The notes beneath the pieces are model-generated. The model had not been told where the DNA came from. It did not search any database and was given only the letters and a program-made list of their open reading frames with translations. A stretch of DNA of 45,984 nucleotides from Chromera velia (lineage: Eukaryota), in the NCBI GenBank assembly GCA_018398765.1, contig JAHBMJ010000520.1:1-45984 (forward strand), written 5' to 3'. This document shows, in pieces, positions 36,001 through 45,984 of the stretch. Each line of letters starts with the position of its first letter. Position 1 is the first letter of the stretch. A program made the translations under genes and the position numbers.

Positions 36001-38151
36001 AGAAGGGCAGAGACACCTCTCTCTGTACATCCTTCTTCTTTGCAGACAGAGAAGGACCCCTCTCTCTCTACATCTTTCTTCTTTGCAGACAGAGAAGGGC
36101 AGAGACACCTCTCTCTGTACATCCTTCTTCTTTGCAGACAGAGAAGGGCAAAGACCCCTCTCTCTGTACATCTTCATTTTTTGCGAACAGAGATCGAAGG
36201 CCAAAGAACCCCCTTTCTGTGCATCTTTCTTCTTTGCAGATAGAGAAGGGCAGGATACCTCTCTCTGTACATCTTTCTTCTTTGGAGACAGGGAAGGCCA
36301 AAGATCTCTCTCTTTGTACATCTTTCTTCTTTGGCGACAGAGAAGGGCAAAGACCCCTCTCTCTGTACACCTTTCTTCTTTGCAGACAGATAAGGGCAGG
36401 ACCATCTCTCTGTACATCTTTCTTCTTTGCAGACAGAGAAGGGCAGAGACCCCTCTCTCTGTACATCTTTCTTCTTTGCAGACAGAGAAGGGCAGGACCC
36501 TCTCTCGGTATATCCTTCTTTGCAGATAGAGAAGGGCAGGACACCTCTCTCTGTACATCTTTCTTCTTTGCAGACAGAAAAGGGCAGAGACCCCTCTCTG
36601 TACATCTTCATTTGCAGACAGAGAAGGGCAGGAACCCTCTCTCTGTACATCTTTCTTCTTTGCAGATAGAGAAGGGCAGAGACACTTCTCTCTGTATATC
36701 TTTCTTTTTGCAGATAGAGAAGGGCAGAGATCGGTCTCTCTCTCTCTGTACATCTTTCTTCCTTGCAGACAAAGAAGGGCAAAGATCGCTCTCTCTCTCT
36801 ATACATCTCTCCATTCTTTACAGATAGAGAAGGGCGAGACCCCTGTCTCTGGGCCGCCGCATCGTTTGCGGAGCTAAAAGGCATCCGTTGCAGACAGAGA
36901 AAGGCAACGTCTCATAGGGTTTGCTCTTTCCATGCATCTTTAAAAGGCAGAGGGGATGTTATGGCTCTCCCTGTACTAATTGATCCGTTGTAGACCTGAT
37001 GGCAGATACGGATCCGGCGTGTTCTTCTTTATAGTCAGTAGATCACCATTGAAATAGGACCTCAAAATTGATCAAAGAGGCAGTGTCCAAAGCAAAAAAA
37101 GATAACATAAATTTATTGGTAATAATAAATTATTACATCTTTAGGCATATGCAGTTGCTACATTATAGAATGTTTCAGCTCTATCTGATCCGCTCTAAGA
37201 CATGAATCAGTAATGGTAAATCATAAACATACATGTTTATTGATTAACCAAACTACGTATTATTGTTTCTTATCTTTTCAGACTGGGGACCCGTCTCAGA
37301 CTGGGGGCCGCTAGATCCCTCGGGTGCGCGCCTAATGTTGCGTAAGCCAGTGAAACAGCTATACGGCATTAGGCGAAATGTGCCCCCTTGATACGGCTTA
37401 ACGGAGTTACCCTTCGTTAAGACGTGAATCTAGTCGTGTCTACGGGTCCTACAGTCTAAACTAGGAGCGATCGGGATTTTCGCGAAGAAGTTTGAATGGA
37501 AGGTGAAGCCTAGCTTGCAGAGCAAAGCCGTGCGTTCAAACGATGGAAATCACGATCCGATGGGAAATATAGTCCCGGGCCTGGCACGGCCTTTGCGGCA
37601 CCAACGTGCCGAGCTGGGAACGTCAAATCCGTCCCGCGCGGGCGAGAAAAAATAGTGGTCGCAGTTTTATCTGCCGCGCGCTCAAAAAAATGCGTGAGTC
37701 AGAAAAGATATGTTGAGTAGTTGAAGAGGAGTCAAACGAAAGAGAAAATACGGTAGTCCGTTCTAACAGTTCCGTCGAACGAACCGGAACCCACCCTCCC
37801 ACCGCTTTAGACAGTGCTTCTCCAATCCGTCGCCTTAGCTGTAAAGCCGATCGACTGCTTAGGTAGTGAACTCAGTTTACTGGGGAAGGACTATTCCATA
37901 CTGGTTTTTCGGGGTGAACGGGGGGGGAAGATTGTCGATAAGGGATCTAATCATGTTCGGCATAGTGGGGGGCCGCTAGATCCCTCGGGTGCGCGCCTAA
38001 TGTTGCGTAAGCCAGTGAAACAGCTATACGGCATTAGGTGAAATGTGCCCCCTTGATACGGCTTAACGGAGTTACCCTTCGTTAAGACGTGAATCTAGTC
38101 GTGTCTACGGGTCCCACAGTCCAAACTAGGAGCGATCGGGATTTTCGCGAA
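30025..38151 (+). mobile_element. Non-autonomous split-direct-repeat (TOC1/PAT/Ngaro-like, DIRS order) retroelement, 8.1 kb: A1 30025-30318; B1 37303-37486; A2 37496-37789; unique 37790-37967; B2 37968-38151
   Basis: A1 and A2 are 294-bp ungapped direct repeats (about 16 substitutions). B1 and B2 are 184-bp direct repeats (3 substitutions). The order is A1...B1-A2-spacer-B2. There is no TSD, no TG..CA and no recognisable RT or tyrosine recombinase ORF. Confidence 0.75.
31120..36905. repeat. ~48-bp satellite, about 120 copies, inside the split-repeat element
   Basis: Unit gcagacagagaagggcaggacccctctctctgtacatctttcttcttt, varying from 47 to 51 bp. Confidence 0.97.
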
Positions 38152-38390
38152 CAAAAACCTCAATCAAATTCCTTTTCGAATCTCATCGAATCCTTCCTCA
38201 TGCACTCAACAGACCAAAAAAAGTGAGACGTCTGTCAATCATTGTCAATCTCTGACATCGCTGGCTCGCTCTCTCTGCTCACCGAGGAGGTCCATTTGTT
38301 GGCTTGGCCTACATTGTCTTACAATTTACAATTCTCTGGCCTTGGTGCCTGGCTTTTGTTGTTTTGTTCCCCACGGCGTCTCCTCTTTCC

Positions 38391-41300
38391 ATGGAGACGG
38401 CAGGGCTGGGCGGAGGCGCCCCCACGAACACTGGAGCCGAGTGGACGCCTCTCTCAGCCGAATGGATGTTCCACGTGCCCACTCAGCTGTACTTCTCCGT
38501 CTCTACAAGGACCTACTTCACGTTTGATCAGGCAACAGGCAAGGAGGGCATCTGGGTGGTGTTTTTGGACACACAAGTATCAATTCACCTATATATCCGC
38601 ATTTCTCCCTCTACCTTGCAGGCCAATACATTCCTTACACAGCTTCCCACCAACACCAGCAGCAAGCACAACCGCAACATGACTCTCGTCCGCACTGCCG
38701 AGTCCTGGCTGACGCGCGGTTCATGCAGGGTCGCCGACCGAAGCAGGAAGACAGGCACGTGCTGATCCACAATTTGAAGGACAAATTCAAGGAACACAAA
38801 CTCGAAATACCAAAACACATGGAACTAAACCCAGGTAGGTAGGTAGGTCGACACAAACACCTTCCTTCTCGCGGTTGTGGGGGGGATGCTGTTGAAAAGC
38901 AAACAAAAGTGCGTCGGTGCTCAGAGAAAGCCTTAATTCATATTTTACCCAGCCTTTACTGCCGCACTCTGTGCCTGAATAAATCCCGCTCTCAGACTCT
39001 CTGCCCCCCCCCCTTCCTCCCCTACCTCTTCTTCCCCAATGCAAGCCTATGATAGAGATGAAGGCAACAAAAACGATTAATTTACCACCAGAACAGTCCC
39101 TTGATTCCTCACTTCCCCCTCCTCTCACTCTCCGGTGTGTCTGCAGTGGCCCTGTACGCCCTCTTTGACGGTCACTGCGGCTCTTTGGCCTCCGAGTTCT
39201 GCGCCCAGCAGCTCCCCACCAACATTGTCAAGCTTCTCGCAAAGCCCAAAGGCACACCCGCCTCCTCAAATACCAGCACTTCGAGCAGCACAAACGGTGA
39301 AAGTACACCAGCACCGGCAAGCGAAGGGAAAGGAAACACAAAGGCGATCTCGGACTCCGGAGCCCCCAGCGCATCAGCAGCAGCAGCAGACCCAAAGAAA
39401 GCGACAAACGGCCAGGGAAGTGAAGCGCAGTCCGGGGAGGTATCTGCTCAACCCGCATCGGAAGGGGACGCAACGAAAGAGAAAGAGCAAGACTCAACTG
39501 GTGTGTCCAGGGGAGAAACAGGAGGATCTTCCGATTCTCTGACGGCTGCTTTTTCCTCTTCCCCTTCGCCCTCTTCTTTGTCCTCTTCGGCCGCCTCAGC
39601 AAGCACCAGCGATGCGTCTCCGTCTCCATTGCTGACTGATGAGCAGTTGAGGAAGAGGCTGGTTTTTGCCTTCGAGTGCACTGACAAAGCCTTCATGAAC
39701 AAGTCAGTCAGTTTGTGCTTTGATTGGGGGGCTCTCTGTGTCTGTTTGCGGACAAGGGCAGCGCCTTTTGAGTTCTTCTGCTTTAAATGGTCTATGGACT
39801 GAAGCAGCGAGTACATGTGCATTCAGACGCGCGTGCAGAGACAGAGAGCTTAGCTAAAGTGAGGGAGGTGGATTAGGTTGCCGTGCACAAGGTTCAAGCG
39901 AGTTTTGCCTCGAAAGAGAATCAATCCTTCCGCTGTCTTTGGATCTGATTTCCTTCCTGCCTTTTTTCTTTCCATGAATTCTCGCCGTCGTCTACCATCA
40001 GTCTTTCCCCCTGCCCGCCTGCCTGCCGTTGATGCGTGCGTCAATTCAGGTACCGTCTAGCGAAGGACGGCTGCACTTGCGTGATGGCGTTGATCCTGGG
40101 AGGCCGCCTGGTGGTCGCAAATGTGGGGGACTCTCGGGCCGTGATGGGCAGAACTAGCGATTTTTCTGAGGTAGGTGAGGTAGTTGGGTGTGCATGTTTG
40201 TTTGCCTGTCCGTCCGTGTACACTGCCGCGGTGTTTTGATAGTGCGGTATTTTGATGCTGACATAGCGCGCCTTACAAACATGTCCCAGCTTAGTGGTAG
40301 TATGAAGGAAAACAGGAGATTTTTTCAGCGCCTCGGTGTATTCAGGAGATTGGTGCAACGCTCCTCTTTTTATCAATGGCGCCGCTGTAGCGCAACTGTA
40401 CCTCTTGGCCCGCCCCGAGTCCATCGAAGCTTTCCCTCTTTTTGTTTTTCTCCTTTGGTGATGATCCGCAAAGGCTTCCTTCTCGTTTCCCATTTAATGC
40501 CTTTCATTCCATTCCGTCGGACTGTAATTAATGAAAAGGTCGTGCATGAAGTCCTGCGCCCAACTCGGGGTCACAAAGCGCTCTTTCATTCGTGTGTTGT
40601 CTGTCGTTTTCACGATGTTTCTCGTCGTTGTTTAGCTCTGTTTTCTTCGCTATTCTATTCTTGGTTCTCTCTTCTCTGACTGCAGAAGAAGCCCGCCAAG
40701 TCAGCGGGGGCGGAGAAAGAGAAAGAGAATGGGCAGACCGAGGGAGGGAAGACACCGGGAAGCGGGACTCCGAGCGCTGGGGCGGGGACGCCGTCAGCTT
40801 CTGCGGCCCCGCAGGATTCTTCTGCTTCTTCTACTGGTGCAGTTGAGGGGGGGTCTCCCTCCTCTGCTCCCACCCCGGCTGCTGCTGCTGCTGGATGGGG
40901 TGGTGCAGAAGTGAACAAAGTGGTCAGTCGGTCGGTGAGAATGGGTGCACACATAAATTTGGTGTGGGAAGTCTGTCCGCACACGCAACAGTCAAGACAA
41001 AGCTACGCACCCACCCACCCACCCATCCACCGCCCCCCCACACGCATAGTCAGAGACACAGACGGACACAGGCGCACCTTTCCTGCTTCTCCCCGTTACA
41101 GCCTGCATGTGCCTGCCCTTCTGGTCTGAAAAAGAAACCAACCACGCTGTGTGCGAATGCATCAATGCAGATTGCTGAGGGCGTGTCAATTGACCAAAAG
41201 CCGGACAGGCCGGATGAAAAAGAACGCATAGAGAAGGCGGGTGGAGTCCTTCTCTCAGCAGGCGGATGCGTCAGGGTGGCAAGGGCTGACTATGAGGTTG

Positions 41301-41495
41301 GTGGAAGGACCCTCGATCAGTTCCCTCTCCTCTCCTCTCTCCTGACGTGAGTGCACTCCGCTTTCTTTACACGTGGTTCTGTGCCACGGAAAGGAGACAG
41401 CTTGGCGGTTTTTCCTGGAAAGAGAAGGACGGAGTCGGACCTAGACCACGCCTCTTCGGAAGAAAACAGAAGAGGGGATGTCGAAAGAATCGGAT

Positions 41496-41530
<35 letters not shown>

Positions 41531-44095
41531 TGGTTTCTCGCCCCCGTCGCCCCATGTCGTCCCTCCCTCCTGCATGCAGGCCAAAGTGAAGAGGATCAAG
41601 ATGGAACAGGTCAACTACGGAGGAGCAACAGAGAAGATGCCTGTCGCTCTCGCAGGTGAGTGAAGAGAGAGAGAAGGGGTGGGAAAATGTCGCAGGTGAG
41701 TGAAGAGAGAAAGAAGGGGTGGGAAAGTGTCGCAGGTGAGTGAAGAGAGAGAGAGAGAGACGGGGTGGGAAAATGAAGTTTCTTTCGAAAAGCCGTCCGT
41801 CCTGGCTCGTTTTCTTTTTGTCTTTGCCTGATCGAATTGGCATGGACTCTCCCTGTGTTGCTTGGATGCCACCTGGATTTCTGGAGTCCTGATGGCCCCT
41901 GCGTGCGTCAAATGTAATCCATTCAGCCTGGAACCAGGTGTCCACACAGACAGAGATTCTTGTAGGCCCCCCCCGTGTGCATGATCATGTCGAGACGGAT
42001 GGATTGTGAAACACACGTGTGCGCAGCATGAATGCATGCGCATGCTCGCGCCTTGCTAAGGCCGCTCCACCACCAGATGATGTGCAAGTATTATCTTGTG
42101 CGGGTGGGTTTGTTTCCTTTTTTTGTGCATCCTCTCGTTCGTTGCAGTGTCGAGGTCTTTTGGCGACCGTGACTTCAAGGAAGACGGGTTGATCAGCTCT
42201 ACACCTGAGGTCTTCTTTGTAGACATCTCGGAGGGGTTGAAAGTCGGTGTCTTTCTTTTTTTTCCTTCTTTCTTGCTTTCTTTTTTTCTTTCCTTCCTTG
42301 CTCTCTCCCTTTGTTTTCTACTCTGGCTTGATTTTCCGTAGAGTGAATGAATCGTTCAGCGGGCTTCCGGTGCTTTGCAAGGGTGAGATTGAACGAATGC
42401 ATAAGAGCAGGACAGAAAGAAGGACGCAAGAGGCAAAAGAGTCGGAAGACTCAGTTCTTTATCTTCATCTTCGTATTGTCCGCCCATTCATTTTCTCCGG
42501 TGTCCTCTTCCTTTGTTCCTTTGTCCCCTGGTTCCTTCATTTGACTTTTTTTGGGGGGGGTGCCCTCTTCCTTCGTTCCTTTGTCCCCTGGTTCCTTCAT
42601 TTGACTAGTTGATCGACCCAGCGTGTGTTTCCAGGCAATCGGAATCTTGATGTTTTCCTTTCATCCCTGCCTGCTTGCATGAGTCATGTGAGGTCCTTCC
42701 TTGTGTACCGTCCATTCTATCTCCGTCCTGCCGTGTGCTTTCATACGACTCTTTCTCCCGTCTTCCCCGGGACCTGTGTTTCTTTTCCGCCACTTCGGTT
42801 GTTCGTCCATCAAATTGGAACCGGTCCTTCGATGTATCGGTCGATCTGTTCTGTCTATTCGCTCAGATAGTCGCGCATCTTCACGGGGCTTGGATTCGGT
42901 AGACGCGTTTGATTTCTCTCTTCTTCACTTTCTTTCTTGGTTTTTCATTAGGTCCGTTCTTTTCTCTTGCTGGTCGACCATCCTTTTCCACCCCCCCTTC
43001 TTCCCTGCCTCCCCACTCATAGGTCCACTGTCTTCTCACTGTTTCTTTCTTTTTTGTTCCTTCCCTCAGGTGGTGGTGATGGCATGTGACGGTGTGTGGG
43101 ATGTGATGAGCAACCAGGTCTGTCCTAATTTTACTTTTGTTTCTCTCCTGTTTCGCTGATCGTTTTTGCGTTTTTCCTCTTCGTGTTTCTCTTTACTTTT
43201 GCACCGCTTGACCGCCATTCGAATGTTTACGCGGGACCTTTTCAGTAAAGAACAGAACAGCAAAAGAATGAGGCGGCGTGATCGTCGTATTTGTGAGAGT
43301 GGTGGGGCTCGCGACCGTCGCGAGCTGTCTATTTTTGTGCATGCGCTATTGCGGAACGAATCGACATGAGTCTTTAGAGACCCTCCTTTTGCCGAAATTT
43401 CGTGTGTGAAAAAAAAAGCTTTTACATGCGCAGACGCAAATGAGCAAACGAGTGATTGAGCACAGCCTTTCCTACCTCACTCTCATACGCAGTCTCACTG
43501 TTTCTCTATCTTTCTCGTGTTTACTCGCTGCGCCCCCTAATGATGATCTGTGTTCTGCCTCCTAATTTGGTGCATGACAGGAGGCGGTCGACATCGCCAT
43601 GCTGCACTTCGGGAAACCTCAGGAAGCAGCCAGCGCGGTGGTCACGGGAGCCTTCAAGAGAGGCAGCCAGGTGGGATGAATGAAAACATGTGGAACTACA
43701 GTTGGATGGATGAATATACGGTTTTTTGCTCTCGCTCTTGTCTCTGCTGTTCTCTTCCTTCAGTGATCTTTTCGCGACTTGATCCCTCTAGTCCACCCGA
43801 TGGCTCAGGTCAAACATTCTCTGTTTTCTGGTGAAGTCTCTCTATTTGCCCGGTCCTCTCGCATGTACTTTGCTCAAATTAAGCCTGTGTGATCTTTTTC
43901 TTTTTTTCCGTTATCATTTCGTCGTCCAGACGTCGTGCCATGTATGTGGGTGCGGAAGTTGGGTGCATGTAGATGTAGGTGTGTGTGGGCATGTCAAAGG
44001 GCCATGTGCTCCATCATGCTTTACTTCATTTTGAGTGAACGTTCACTGACTGCTTGCAGGATAACTTGACAGCTCTGGTCATCTTCTTTCAGTAA
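38391..44095 (+). CDS. PP2C/PPM-family Ser/Thr protein phosphatase with an N-terminal OCRE-like segment; 11 exons: 38391-38538, 38622-38834, 39147-39702, 40050-40170, 40686-40922, 41171-41296, 41580-41655, 42148-42242, 43070-43117, 43581-43670, 44060-44095; 581 aa
   Basis: Phase-consistent splicing gives 1746 nt with all PP2C motifs: MQGRRPKQEDRH, ALFDGHCG, DGCTC, VANVGDSRAV, DQKPDRPDEKERIEKAGG, LAVSRSFGDRDFK, STPEV, MACDGVWDVMSNQE, GSQDNLTALVI. Confidence 0.93.
41650..41775 (+). repeat. Three tandem copies (~40 bp) of the exon 7/intron 7 junction of the PP2C gene
   Basis: tcgcag|gtgagtgaagagagagagaaggggtgggaaaatg is repeated three times. Confidence 0.9.
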
Positions 44096-44522
44096 TTGCT
44101 ACATGCAGTGTTCAGCGCCATTTCAAGAGATTGTACAATATCTCCGAGTCGTATTGGTAACACGCATTCTGGCACGCTCTGCAGCAAAGCGGAATCAACA
44201 TTTGTTTAGCTAAATAGTGGGTGACATTGAGTTTAGTATTGACTATATATATATCATCATCATCATCATTCACCATCGCTATCGGCCCATAAATGAGCGT
44301 CTAACGTTCGGCGGCTGGTTCGATACGTAGCTGGACACACTGCTAGGGCAGTCCTCTCCCACGAAGGAAGATAGTAACACAGGCAAGAACGGCTTTCCCG
44401 TGACGGCCTCTCACTGAATTCCCGCGGCAAGGCAGAGTGGTCTTACATCCTCACACAGAACGCGTGGCCTTATCCTCTTTCTGCCGAAATCTAGCTCAAT
44501 CAGAAGAAAGAAGAGCCAGAGA

Positions 44523-44526
<4 letters not shown>

Positions 44527-44612
<86 letters not shown>
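44527..44612. repeat. (TA)n microsatellite
   Basis: Seen directly in the sequence. Confidence 0.95.
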
Positions 44613-44616
<4 letters not shown>

Positions 44617-44672
44617 GGGGCCATGTAAAAATTCATCTGACTGTCAATGGCATGCAAGACCCCCCCCCCCCC

Positions 44673-44800
44673 NNNNNNNNNNNNNNNNNNNNNNNNNNNN
44701 NNNNNNNNNNNNNNNNNNNNNNNNNNNNNNNNNNNNNNNNNNNNNNNNNNNNNNNNNNNNNNNNNNNNNNNNNNNNNNNNNNNNNNNNNNNNNNNNNNNN
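44673..44800. other. Assembly gap (N run) between poly-C tracts
   Basis: 128 N bases. Confidence 0.99.
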
Positions 44801-44991
44801 CCCCTCCTAGACCTTCTCGCTTCGGCACGCAAATGTTTTTAAAAAAAAAAAAAATTTGACACTAACTTTTTTATACTGTTTAGAGTCCAAAATCATGTTG
44901 AACAACCATTAAAACTTAAGTTAAAAACTTGTCAAAAACTTGTTAAAACCCCAAATTTAAATCATTATGCAAAAATCATGCGATTGATACA

Positions 44992-45984
<993 letters not shown>

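Noticed and set aside
31087..36884. Many long ORFs (up to 717 aa) on both strands
   Set aside because: They are translations of the stop-poor 48-bp satellite, open in several frames at once and switching register with unit-length variation.
25935..36905. Regularly spaced repeats as a CRISPR-like array
   Set aside because: The units are contiguous with no unique spacers, there are no cas-like ORFs, and the context is eukaryotic.
30025..38151. Penelope-like element with hammerhead ribozymes
   Set aside because: No CUGAnGA/GAAA hammerhead core was found on either strand of A or B, and the repeat order fits split direct repeats better.
42499..42606. ~60-bp tandem duplication in PP2C intron 8
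   Set aside because: Ordinary local intronic duplication that does not involve a splice site.

Overview
Eukaryotic, intron- and microsatellite-rich genomic DNA. The style suggests a chromerid alveolate such as Chromera velia; this is an inference, not verified. Host genes reconstructed by hand are a 6-exon D27-like beta-carotene isomerase with a bipartite plastid-type presequence (1592-5784, +), an 11-exon PP2C/PPM phosphatase with an N-terminal OCRE-like aromatic repeat and a GC-AG first intron (38391-44095, +), and a poorly resolved multi-exon hypothetical gene (about 7448-12328, -). Most of the rest is mobile DNA. (1) A full-length but decayed Ty1/copia element (13237-19425, ACTTG TSD) with an apparent -1 gag-pol frameshift signal (G_GAU_UUU plus a bulged hairpin). 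(2) A chromovirus (Ty3/gypsy) 3' end and a solo LTR of the same family, both with non-canonical CG...CG termini. (3) Two MITE-like elements in cTAg sites. (4) An 8.1-kb non-coding element with the A1...B1-A2-unique-B2 split-direct-repeat layout of TOC1/PAT-type tyrosine-recombinase retroelements, carrying a 5.8-kb 48-bp satellite as cargo. (5) A modular block of 52-bp and 29-bp minisatellites. Repeat copies differ almost only by C>T/G>A transitions, in CpG, CpA and CpT contexts, which suggests methylation-driven or RIP-like silencing.
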